This document shows, in pieces, positions 22,017 through 33,790 of a DNA stretch of 64,000 nt. A program made the position numbers and the translations under genes. The notes below the pieces were generated by a model. That model was not told where the DNA came from, searched no databases, and saw nothing but the letters and a program-made list of their open reading frames with translations. Origin of the DNA: Podarcis filfolensis (taxonomy: Eukaryota); the NCBI GenBank assembly GCA_964270895.1, contig OZ185444.1; one strand, given 5' to 3'. Numbering within the stretch: the stretch's first letter is position 1; the number at the start of each line of letters is the position of its first letter.

Positions 22017-24344
22017 GAAAAAGTCAGGCTGGGTGAGTATGAGTTGAGGTTCAACAAATGTTGGGGTGAGGAGAATGGAAAGAGGGGAATGATAATCAGA
22101 TGAAATGATTTACCTGGATTCTCTGATCCCAGTGCGGAAGGGGGGGGAGCGGACATTGCCAGAAATAAGCTAGCATATTGGTTTCATACTTTGCAGTTTC
22201 TTCTGAGGAAGAGCAACAGCAACATTAAAGAGTTCTTTTGGGGGCTGCTTACCACTCATCATTCCAACCCACTCTCTTATTTATATCCTGTCTTTTCCTT
22301 CCAATCATTACACACACACACACCAAATCAGAGAAGGCATGGAAGATTTGTGGTGAGAGAAGTATGGGACTATGAGACGGAAGTTTCCAATGCCCATACC
22401 AGTCTGCTCCTCAAATAAAAACACCTTGTTGCTGCTCTGCGTAATACCACCTATGACTACCTACTTAATGCCATTGAACCCATGTCCACAAATGAAACCA
22501 CGAGGAGGAAAGCAAATAAGTTTAGAAGTACTATATCTAGACCAAAGCTCCCTATTTGTCTCCCATTTTGCAGGGTTTCTTGTTTTTTGTTTACCTAGGG
22601 GCACCTATCTCATGTCTCCTATTTTCCTAACAAAAGCTCACAAAGCACAGGAGGAGTTTAGGCAAAATATTTTTACACACACATACCCTGGCAAAGGCTA
22701 CCTTTGTCTGAAAAGCACTGCAGATATCCTTCAGAAATTTGGCAGAATCCATCCCTGCAAATTTTACCCACTTCTGCCAAAATAATTCGAAGTTGTGGGC
22801 AGGTCCTTCGGGGTTGGGAGAGACATATTTTAAAGGTGTCCAACACAGAAACCCCTAGATACATTTGCCTGTGATTTGGCAGGTTATTTCCACTCTGGTT
22901 AACTATGCCTGCAAATTTTATCCATCCAAAGCAGGGTGGGGGACTATAAACATTTTGCTCTCCACAACACAGTGGAGGAACAACAGGGCTCCATCTTTTA
23001 AAAGCAGACTCAGACTTAGACCTCTTTGGACTAAGGCAACCTGTTTTCCAAAGCACCAAACCAGGTTTTGAAGCAAATCTTGTGGTTAGTTCTCACTCCT
23101 GGACCTTAAAGGATTGCTGGATGGCAAAGTTGCCATTGTTTTGCTTAAAACTTAATATATATTAGCATCTCTTTATCTGCCACAGTTATAAAGCTCTATT
23201 TACTTTTTATACTGCACCATCTTGACACATCCCCTGCAAGCTTACAAGACAACCAGGATGAACTGGCAGTGCAGAAAGAGGCAACAACCCAACCAGTGTC
23301 ACAATCAGGTGCTCAGTTTGTAGTTGGGCCCTGAGCAATTGGGGTAATGAATATGGAAGCAGCTGCAAGTAACCAGTTTAGCACATCGCCAGGCCCAGAA
23401 AAATAAAATAAAAAGAGCAGGGGTGAGCAACAGTGCTGAAGCAGGCCTGATATACCACTTAATACAACACTAAATTATCTAGAAATGTGCTCAGCCATGG
23501 CCAAAATCCTTTTGCAATGTTTAATCAGAAGGAAGATACATTCAACAAAGATCCTTTCCAACATTAATTGAAAGCTTCCTGCTTGCTAGTTGTGCTCATT
23601 TTATTGCTTCCCTATGAACGCTACGGCAGTGTTGATGATGAATAGCCTATTAATTCCCTTTTGAATAAATTCTCTTAATTTATTGCTATCACTTCCTGTT
23701 CCTGTAAGGGGCAGGAGTGGGGTGAGACATATTAATAACTAATGCATTCTCATTGTTTTCTTGTTTTCTTTTATATAACAAAATAGCACTATTATATTAT
23801 GAAAAGAAAAGGATCAAGAGAGAAAAATCAATGATTACCCATCCTATGGGAACAATAAGAGGAATTAACAGCCTATTTATCAGCAGTCTCACTGCAACCC
23901 TTATCAGAAAGCAATAAAATGAGCTTCACCCGCACTTTGCCAATCCACACTGGACAGGATGCCACAGCAACTGCATTTCTTTCTTCCTTTTTAAAGTCTT
24001 AAAAAACAGGGGAGGACACCACAGAAAACACTGGGGTACATTGATTTCTCAATTCCATCATTTGGACTCCTGGTAAAAAGTAAGTGAGGGGGGAAAGCAA
24101 TTCTAAAGAAAATGGCTAATGTAAAATCAACCCAAGTAGCATTTGATCTCATTCAGCAAGAGACATCTTATGTTCCTAAGCAAGATAGCATACTTGAGAC
24201 ACAAATAAGTTTTAAAAAATCACACAACTTCCACTGTAAATGTGAAACACGTCAGCAGACCAGAGGGATTCCAATAAAATAGCAAAATGCAGCCAACCCT
24301 GAATTTAGAACCAGTAAATGCTTCGTTCTAATCAATGCCATAAG

Positions 24345-24670
24345 TGTGTAAGGAGAGCCCTAGTGGATCAGACGAATGGCCCATCCAGTCCAGCACTGTG
24401 TTCACACAGTGGACAACCAGATAGATGCCTCCATGAAGCCAGAAAGAAGGACATGACTCTAACTTCACTTTCACCACTCATGTTGCCCAGAAACTGGAAT
24501 ACCACTTCCAGAACTGGAAGTAGTACACAGCCAGCATGGTCAGTAGCCATTGGAAGTCTTCTCCTCTATGAATCTGTTTGAACTCCTTTTGAAGTCCTCC
24601 AGGCTGGTGGTCATCACTGCAATAGCTCCAAATTAGCTATGTGCTATGTGAGGAAGTGCTTCCTTTTGCC
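24345..24670 (+). mobile_element. Old CR1-associated repeat fragment
   Basis: GGAGAGCCC..TGGATCAGAC..ATGGCCCATCCAGTCCAGCA motif typical of squamate CR1 ends. A reverse-oriented relative lies at ~61920-62170. Confidence 0.55.
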
Positions 24671-27600
24671 TGCCCCGAATGCCAGAGTAAATAAGGAGCA
24701 GTGCAAGGAAGGAGACCATCAATATCTTAGTTCCAAAAGGATTGTGCTACCCTGGCATACGATATGAACAACCACCAAACATTAAGCTTATATTTTGTAA
24801 CCTCCCTTGCCTTGAAACCTTGCAATATATTGGAATTGGGAAGAGGGGGAGGAAAGGGATAAATCAATGTGTCTCCAAACTGGAAAGATAAAGAACCATA
24901 ATGCTGCCATAAATCACTATTTGTGGCACTCCGGAGAGGGCACTAAGAAACTGCGGGAATAAGTTCAGCGTTAAGGCTACAATCCTGTGCTCATTTACTT
25001 CTAAGGAAGCCCCACTGAACTGAATGGCTCTGCCTCCTAAGTAAGCCTGCTGAAGAATGAACTGTGCAAATGCTGGTGTTTCTACATGCTGTCCCCACTT
25101 TGATCTGTCATACTTCTAATTGTTGAAGAGTCCCCCTGATTCATCTGGGAGGGGGGAGCAGAAAAGCACGTTGATGACAATCAGTGTCAGGCAAAAAACA
25201 AATATGAAACCTTCTGCCAAAAACAAATCCTAAATGACCAAAATCTGTCACTGGCATAAATGTGGGGAGCCTCCCTTGGTTTCAGTGATGTCATTTCCAA
25301 ATTATGCCAGTGGGAAGGAATCTGGGTTGTTGTTTTCATATTTGTTGCATTCAGCAGAGTGACAGATACCAGTCCTGTCTATGGGGACCACTCCATGACA
25401 TATTTCTTAAGAGGGCCGTGTCTGCTTAGCCTGTCTCATGCATTTGGCTGAGTTTAAAATCAAATGTGATTTGACAGCAACAATGGCAGCTACCTACTCT
25501 GGTGTCTCCTCCGATTCCAGAACAATCAGGGCCAATCCAGGCAATCTGTTTGTCCCAGATCTGTGCTCTTAAGTGGTTTTAAAAACGCAAATTACCAATG
25601 TACAGATCAGGACCCTAGTTGGGGGGGGGGAGCTGCCATATAAGTGAATGAGAAGGGGGTAGCAATGCAAATTGCCCCTACAGGTCTCTTGATCCAAATC
25701 AGAACAATGGGTTAGCAAAAGATTACATCTCCCTGCCCCACAGTGGGGTTCAAAGGCAGAACAGCCCCCCTCTGCTGGCCATTTATGGTGGGGAAAAACA
25801 AGTACCCCCAAACCCTGCACTTAAGGGTATGGATAGGGAACTAACATTGTTGGCTACTTTGGTCCTTATGTTCTGCTTGATCAGCAGATCAGTGGTAGCA
25901 GCCTCCTCCACCATCAGTTGCAGAAAGTTTCTGCAGCAGTTTGTTTATATTTTAGAATAAAAAATGGAATAGAAAGGGGGAAAGGAAGGGAGAGAATGAT
26001 TCGTTATCTTCTATTCTAGAATTAAAAGTTATATCCCTGAAGCGTCCAAAAACTGCCTGATGAAATTAGAAGAGGGGAGGATTCCCCACCCCCTCCATAT
26101 AAATTTGCCCTCTACATATTCTTATGGATAGAAAAATCCATATTGCGTTGAGGAAACCATGTTTAATCATCAATTAATGTGTATACATCAATTCCAGCGG
26201 CATTTCTATTCCAAACAAGCTCGTAAAGTGAAAATTTGGAAGCGGGGGAAGCAGTGAGAAAGGGGGAGGGAATGAGATTTGCAATTCTGGGCTTTGAAGG
26301 GCCCTTGGGCAAGACACCCGCCCTCTCCCCCTCCCCCATCCCCACCCCCAAAGGCTCTTGTCCATGGGCTCCCTTCCTGCTGGGTTGTGGGACCTTGGCG
26401 GATTCCCAAGCATGCTGACTGTGGATGCCAGACCTGCATGGAAAGAGAAAAATAAAGTGGGAGAGAAAGAGAGGAGAGAAAGCTGAAGAGAGCTGAAGAG
26501 AGAATACACGTGGACTGTGGGGTGGGAAGCGGAGAGGGGAAATTTATACAAGCAATAGAAGAGTTCCCACCCCCACCCCCCTTCTTTCTGCTAAAACCCC
26601 TGAGGCCCTTACTCAGCATAATATAGCCAGTCGAGTGAATGCAAAGCTTTTAAAAGGCTCTGGCAGCTCTTTCATTAAAAGCCTGACCGCGAGGCTGGGT
26701 TATAAATAATTTGATATTAAAACACACATTTCAAGAAAAGGGGGGTGAGGGAGATCATTTTCAAGTCATGGAATAATTATTTGGGTGTATGATTCTAGCT
26801 CCGAGGTTTTCCAGGCGAACCAAAATGTCACAGGGCCTGGAACAGTGAAAACGAAAGGAACAGATGCTGTTCTATTCCATCAGGCTGCGTAACGCAAGGC
26901 CCGCTGGCAACTGTGGCCCCTATCTGAATTACTCGCAGTGCATTCTCCCTGAGGAAATGGCAAAGGGCCCGTTTTCCAGTGTCTCTTTCTTACCTCTTCT
27001 CAGGACCACTTTCTTTCACTGGGGAGTCAGTGGTGCAGGAGCCGCAACAGGACAGCTTCTAAGAATGCCAACGTGGCAACAATTTTCCAGGGAGAAAGAT
27101 GCTGATGTGGTGTTTGAAGGCAGAGCCCCACGTACAAGTTTCCACCTCTTCAGCTGTTAGACATTTTCTCTATGAGTGTCCCTGAAGCAAATGTGACACC
27201 ACCTTTATGTAGCTGGCAGGGGTGGATGGGTACTATGGCGCCCTGAGCTAGGTCAGAATTTGGCACTTGCACCATGTGGGCTTTGGAAAGGAGGCGTGAG
27301 GCTCTGATGGAAAGGAGGCAGGAGGACTCTAGGACCCCTGTCAGAGCTCCCTGTCAGGCAAGTGCTTACCGAGCTGCCTCTCTGCTCGGCTCCCAGTGCA
27401 GGGGAACCAATCACGCTAAAACCACCTGAACATGTACAACTGCAGTTCTCCAATCAGAAGCATCACTCAGGTAGGTTGTAGATAACTGAGGATTAGACAG
27501 TGCAAAGTTATCAACAACTAAGGCTTTCACATATCAGCTCTACCATTAGGCCGTGTGCTTGCTTTTGTCCGGCCATTCCCCCATAGCCCTCTGCCCATTG

Positions 27601-27824
27601 GAGAGCAGAGCTGTGCCTGCGATGCCTGGTATACACACACCTTAAACTAGCTAGCCTGCTTCCCTGGAGTGCAGTGCAGGATGCTATCCCACTGCCAGTA
27701 TTCAGGTAAGAGTCCACTGCCAGTTCACCCTTCCTCTGCACACAGAATGGGAGTGGCCGCCATCACACCCTAGCGAAATATCTTCCACTTGCTCTGTCAG
27801 GCTCTGTCAGACAATGCAGAATAT

Positions 27825-28445
27825 GGGCCCGTCTCTAACCAGTGGTGCAGCTGGCGCGCTGCATCAGGGCGCTCCCCGCTGCCGAGGGCGCCACGGCGAG
27901 TCCGGAGTTGAGCGGAGTCGTCCGGGAAGAGCCGAGAGAGCTTAGCAGCAGGCAGACAGCGCTCTTCTGTGGACGGCTCCCTTATTCAGCAGCGCAGGCG
28001 CCGAGGCGGCTGCCCGGATCCGCCCCCCTGCGTGCTATTAGCGTAGGGCCAGCCCAGCAGCGCGCTGCTCACGAGGCTCCGTTGACCGGCTTCAACAGTC
28101 GCCTCGGCTTGCCTCGGCTCGCGCAGCAATGCTTGTATTTTTGCGCGCCGGGCCTTGCAGCCGCCCGCCGCTGCCTCGGGCTTAAGAGCACCAAGCAGGA
28201 GGCGTTGAGGCGCGGCCGGCCTGCGCGCGCCTCAACCTGCCTAGATGCTGCGCGCTTCCCACAGCCTTGCCTCCGCCGCCTTGGGCTCCTGCCCAGAGTC
28301 CGAGGCTGAGCAGAGGAGGCGTTGAGGTGGCCGGCCTGCACGCGCCTCAAGCTGCCTAGATCCCACAGGCGTGCAGTCACGTACTCAGGCTCTCCTGGGC
28401 ACTTGCCACTGCGGAGCGCGCCTTCGGCTCACCGGGTCTGGCCCG
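27825..28445. other. CpG-rich island: GC-rich hAT-like element or promoter
   Basis: Abrupt CpG-dense block with imperfect termini GGGCCCGTC / GTCTGGCCC and a duplicated internal hairpin. Two CCAAT boxes lie just upstream (27407, 27450). No clear TSD. Confidence 0.45.
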
Positions 28446-28677
28446 GCGAATAGGGCTTGGGGTACAGGGCACATGTCAAACTTTCTGTGGGATGGCCGCC
28501 CCTGGAGCCCTTTCCAGTGACTGCCACAGAGAAACCCGTTTATTTATTTCTTGGAGTATTTTAATCATAGTATCACAGAACTGGACTCTAGACCAACCCC
28601 CCTCCAGTGCAGGAATCACAGCTCAAGCATCTCTCACAAATTTGCTCCATCTTCCCTGCGAACAGCCCTTCAGATAC

Positions 28678-28811
28678 AACAGAATAACAGAGTTGGAAGG
28701 GAACCACCAGGGTCATCTAGTCCAGCCCCCTGCAATGCAGGAATATTTTGCCCAGCATGGGGCTTGAAACCACAAGCCTGAGATGAAGAGTCTCGTGCTT
28801 TACTGACTGAG
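28678..28811 (-). mobile_element. Squam3-like SINE (tRNA head plus CR1 tail)
   Basis: Reverse strand reads CTCAGTCAGTAAAGCACGAGACTCTTCATCTCAGG...CCTGCATTGCAGGGGGCTGGACTAGATGACC. Adjacent CR1-type fragment at 28566-28675. Confidence 0.75.
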
Positions 28812-29439
28812 GTATAAGGTATATCTAAGTTCAGCATTTTTTTCTCATTTTGGTGCTAGGTTAAGCTATGACAATTTAAGACCAGGAGTGATGCGTCAGA
28901 TTTTGGCTGGCCCACATGCATCTGAGACTATAAAAGTGTGAATATAGGTGCATTGTTAATAAATGAGCAACTAAAAAAAGTTTGTTTATGTTTCCTGTTT
29001 TCTTTTCCCAAGCAGAGCTAATGTGTAAGCGGGTGTCAGCTCCCTAAAAAAAGGTCAACAACTCTGGGATGCTGCCCACGTTTTCAAATAAACACGATTT
29101 TCTTCCATATATTCAAACATTTTTCCAATCTTCTTTTAACGTATGTTCTTCTTGTTCTCTTATTCTATATGTTAGGTTCGCAAGCTGCGCATATTCTTCC
29201 ATCAGTTTAAGTTGCCAAACTTCTTTAGTCGGGACTGCTCATTTTCCATTTGGGGGCTAACAAAACATGAGCTGCAGTAGTCCCATACATAAATAACCTT
29301 TTCCGACACCTGGGAATCAGCAGGCCACTTTCCTGAGGCTGGAGCAGAAACAGAGTGACATGCACAACCCACCCCCTGCATTATATACACTGAACCCTGA
29401 ACATCTGAGTCTTGAATTGCTTGTGGGTTGGACTGATTG

Positions 29440-30260
29440 TTCTTGGCAAAGGGGATGCTTACACCAATCGCACTGAGCTGCCTTTGCAGGACATCTTGCA
29501 TAACCTGCAAGATGCTGTTTAGAGTCTTGATGGGGCAGTGGTGGTTTTGCTGAGTCCTGAATATGCTGGGTCTGTGGTTTTTATTTTGCTTGCTTTCCTG
29601 GCTGCTGTAAACATTTGTCTGCATTTTCATTGGCGCTTTCTGCAGAGGAGGTACAATTTGAACTGCGCCTCTTGCATCCAAGCTTCTGCCAGAGATGTCC
29701 CAATTTGGGTTGCAATGTTTAGGCCTTGTTCTTCTTCTTTTTCAGGGTGAGATGCAGTTCTAGAAACAAGTTTCCTCTTACGTGAATCGTCTTTGTTTCC
29801 TCGGTAAGCTGATCTCTTACCCTCTCCTCTGCCATACTCAGTGGCGTAGCATGGGTTGTCAGCACCCGGGGCAAGGCAAGTAATTTGCGCCCCCTAACCC
29901 ATGGATTTGCGCCCCCTAACCCATGGATTTGCCCTAACCCCAGATGTTGCGCCCGGTGCGGCCGGCCCCCCCTGCACCCCCCACGCTACGCCACTGGCCA
30001 TACTTTCAAAGCCATGTTAGACCACCAGATTTCCTCTAGAACACCGATATACTACACTGCTGGTCCCCTTGGTTCCACAATCACTTTTGAAGCAGAGGAA
30101 CATATTTAATGCAGTGAGTGCAATCTCATATTTATCATCTGCAGGGTAAAAAAACAAAGTGTGGAGAGACTTTTGCCCTTCAGCTTCCAGGCAGTGCACG
30201 TTCTCTCACATCAGAGACCCCTGCCTGATTAGCTGCAGGAAGATCGTTCTTGAATATCAC
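29440..30260 (-). pseudogene. Degenerate Ty3/Gypsy gag relic, interrupted by a MITE
   Basis: Minus-strand motifs HCLEAEGQKSLHTL..ADDKYEIALTAL, then FESMAEERVRDQLTEETKTIHVRGNLFLELHLTL, then a decayed zinc knuckle QHLAGYARCPAKAAQCDWCKH. The order matches vertebrate Gypsy Gag. Confidence 0.75.
29839..29996. mobile_element. hAT MITE (158 bp)
   Basis: Perfect 12-bp TIR CAGTGGCGTAGC / GCTACGCCACTG and perfect 8-bp TSD GCCATACT. Confidence 0.93.
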
Positions 30261-31120
30261 AATCCTAGCAGTGAAAGCAACTGGAAGCTCCTCTCTACAC
30301 TGAAGGAAGGGTGCAGGTAGCTGCAGAGGCAAAAGAGCCACCAACACTGTCACAGTGTTGTGACAAGCAACTGAGCCGAAAGGTTCAGTCCAAACATGGT
30401 TCTATTTTTTAAATAACCAAGATATGCACAACTGCTGCATCACTTGCAGTGCAGCCCTATGCATGTCTACTCAAAAGCAAGAGCCATTGGTTTCAGCTGC
30501 TAATGTTCCAATCTGCTCCAGTTTTCCCAAGCAACAGCCAAGTGCTCAGGAAACATTGGGGCAGACTATAGAGTGTCCCTTTTTGTTTTCCAAGTGCTTC
30601 AATATGCTACCAAGGGCTGCTAGTGTCGCCACTGATGCCGAGCTGGTCAGTGAATGCAGGGCGTGCCAGGCTGAATCAATCATGTTGACAGATTTAAATA
30701 CTTTAATAGCTAATGCTCGGTTGTTATTTATTTATTGCATCCATCAATCGCTTCCTATGAAACATCTCACAGTGGTTTCATAATACAATAAAAATGTATT
30801 TAAAATGGTTGCATATACAAAACAGCTAAAACAATTGCATGTATAAAAACAATTTCATATACTGTATGTGTTACTTTTTACTACTGTTGCACCTGCAAAT
30901 TCCAGGATTACAAAAAAAAAAATAATGCCTAAGGTGGAGATAGTATGCAATAAGTACTCCTTTTAAGAGTCTTTAAAAAGCAACAACACTACAAGGAGGC
31001 TGGGGTGTTGTTTTGGGGCATGATGGATTTACTGGGCACATAATATAGAAAAAAGAATCAAGCCCCCATGCAGTATTGTATTTATGTGACATCATTTTAT
31101 AAGAATTTATAACGTAAGTA

Positions 31121-31362
31121 CAGTGGTACCTCAGGTTAAGTACTTAATTCGTTCCAGAGGTCCGTTCTTAACCTGAAACTGTTCTTAACCTGAAGCACCA
31201 CTTTAGCTAATGGGGCCTCCTGCTGTCGCCGCACCGCCGGAGCACGATTTCTGTTCTCATCCTGAAGCAAAGTTCTTAACCTGAAGCACTATTTCTGGGT
31301 TAGTGGAGTCTGTAACCTGAAGTGTATGTAACCTGAAGCGTATGTAACCTGAGATACCACTG
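31121..31362. mobile_element. Tc1/mariner (Tigger-like) MITE
   Basis: CAGTGGTACCTC...GAGATACCACTG TIRs, TA TSDs, internal TTAACCTGAA repeats. Confidence 0.9.
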
Positions 31363-32479
31363 TATTTGAATACAGTTATATGTGCTGGTGTATATCTCTG
31401 GTTACTTTAAGAAACCTGAATTTTAAAAGCATACTACATGGAAGTAATATTACTAGGGGCTGCCAGCCCTGCTTGTGTTTTTAATTGATCCATAGAACCA
31501 TAGAATTCTAGAGTTGGAAGGGATCCCAAAAGTCACCTAATCCAAGCTCCTCTCACCTGCAAAGCAGGAATCTCAACGTGTGGCCTCCCATCCAATTTTT
31601 TCTTGCCAACACTTCACCCAAACCCACCATCTCCTCACAGTTCCTCTGTGTTGTTTAAAACTATCCTTTTAAAACCTGCCTTCTCTTCCCCCCACCACCC
31701 ACCATGACTTGATGCAAATCCAGGATTGTGATGCGGCTCTCCAGATTCTCCAATGGGGCTGTGTGACGACAGCCTTACATTTAATGTATATAGGAAGATA
31801 ATATATGGGAATTGTTTGTGCTTTTAATAGAAGAACCAATAAAAAAGTACGGTAACTTGCTTCTCATCAAAGCCAGTGAGATGAGAATTGCAGAAGGAAA
31901 AGGGGAAAGTGTGCAGACAAGAACAGATGTTTAGGAAAAACCCATCCTTTGTCCTACATTAAAATGTAGGAGCTTGAGCTTCGATTCCAGGAGTTAAAAG
32001 CAGCATTAACGAAGAGTGATAAATTAGGAGTAGGAGAGGGGAAGGCTCAAGTGTGCCTGCTGTGAAAAACCTACAAGCCTCCAGGAAACGGTTTTTAAAA
32101 ACCAACTCACTATACTCCCCCAGGAACACACAATTCAAACCTGGGAAATAAGATGCCACTGCTTGGGGAATGACCTTTTCAAAAGTCGCTTCCCACTGCT
32201 GCGCACAATGAGGCAGCTGCTCCTGACACGGTTCTGAAGAACAGCATGGGCACAAGAACATAGCCAACGGTGCTCTTTCCTTACATCCGCTCCTGCTGCT
32301 GCCTGGGGCTAATCAGACAAGGCCGTGTCGCCCAAGTCCAGCTGTCAATTTGGTAGTAAGGCTGATATTTTGGTGGGCTGCTGGTGTTAAGGGATAGGGG
32401 GTTGTTGCTGCAAAGAGCAGTCTGTGATTCAGTTCAGACCAGGATGAGACGCCACTAGCAATGGCCAGGCCAACCCTCA

Positions 32480-32770
32480 GTGATCTTGGATGAAGAACAA
32501 TTTAGAAATTTAATAAACCGCATGATGGGAAGAGAGCTTCTAAACAGTTTACAAAAATATACAACATAACATTAAAATGATTGAGAAAACACAGTTAAAA
32601 GCAGGTATTTAAGAGTATTCAAAAGACGATTAAAGTCAGCAGAGGTTAAAAGGAAGTAAATCACATGCAGCTTCTATGTGTTCAGATAGGCTGGCCTTAA
32701 TGAAAATGTTTTGAGCAGTTGCTGGAAAGAGTATAGTGAGAGTACCTGCCTAGTGTCAGCAGGGAGCTCC
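32480..32770 (-). mobile_element. L2 LINE 3' fragment
   Basis: ATTTATAAACCGC...AGAGCTTCTAAACAGTTTACA followed by TGTTTTGAGCAGTTGCTGGAAAGAG...GGGAGCTCCAAAG, similar to other L2-like ends in the window. Confidence 0.55.
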
Positions 32771-32787
32771 AAAGTGTGGGTGCTAGA

Positions 32788-33011
32788 AGGCCTGTGGGGA
32801 AAAACAGAAAAATGGGGGGGGGGGAGCCAGAGTTTTTCCTGCTTTTTTCCAAAGCCACTTTTTTTCAGGAAAAGTTGGGGGGAAAGTGTGTGGAATATTC
32901 AAACTATTTTTTTCAATTTTTCCAGGAAAAAAATGGCTTTGGGGGGGGGAAAGAGGGGGGAGGGATTGGGGTTTCCCCCCCCCCCAATTTTTCCGGTTTT
33001 TCCCCAGGCCT
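32788..33011. mobile_element. MITE with long poly-G/C-containing TIRs
   Basis: AGGCCTG(T)GGGGAAAAAC.GAAAAAT(G)n at the left pairs with (C)nAATTTTTCCGGTTTTTCCCCAGGCCT at the right. TSD not evident. Confidence 0.65.
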
Positions 33012-33559
33012 TCCCATCTCTAATCCAGTCATATTCAGGCTGCACAACTGAAGCTGATGTGGAGGTCCTGTGCAACAAACCTGCTTTCCTCCAAAAGATC
33101 AGACTTTTTGCAGTAAGGAAAGTGACAAGGAAATGCACTGGAAACTGTCGAATAACTCTTGCTTAACACTATGTTATCTAATGTCTCTGCAAACCGATCA
33201 GGATGGATGCTCATTAAATGGGTCAACTGGAAGCAACCTTTGTGGTATAATAAAAGCCAATAAGTCTGTCCTGAGAGAGCAGAAAGGTGGTAGCCTGACT
33301 CGGTCTAAATTGTTTAGAGCTACAATTGCCATTAAATTTCACCTTAAGTAACATTGAGGTAAATTTAGACAGAGAAACATCTGTAGGGATTTTGATGGAA
33401 GCTAGAAGGATTTTGACAGGATACAATGTCTTTTTAGAGCTACGCAGAAACATCTGTCTCTTGCAGCAGTACTTTTATGAGAAATATTATTGGACATTAC
33501 TCTCCAGTTGTGGTTACCTACCACAACATTCCCACAATAAAGGATTCTCTTCCGCTCCT

Positions 33560-33790
33560 GAAATCACATGCACGATACCTTTGAACATCCAGGATCCAGA
33601 TGCTTAAGAACTATGCACTTGCACTTAATGACAGAGAGCTTCCAGAGGCAAGAAAATGTATACTACTTATCCACAGGGTTGGAACAGAAGGGAAATGTAC
33701 ATTTTACACCCTTCCCCTTGGCGATGATAAATATGATACTGCACTTACTGCATTGAAGAGGTTCTGTGTGTGCCAAAAGCAAAGATCATA
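33560..33790 (+). pseudogene. Second Ty3/Gypsy gag N-terminal relic
   Basis: MLKNYALAL..ELPEARKCILLIHRVGTEGKCTFYTLPLGDDKYDTALTALKRF, homologous to the minus-strand relic at 30085-30260. Confidence 0.72.

Noticed and set aside
27842-28380. 155-aa and 103-aa ORFs in the CpG island
   Set aside because: Expected in very GC-rich DNA; Ala/Arg/Pro-rich with no domain signature.
33140-33560. Possible decayed transposon coding sequence next to the gag relic
   Set aside because: No motif could be recognised in any frame.
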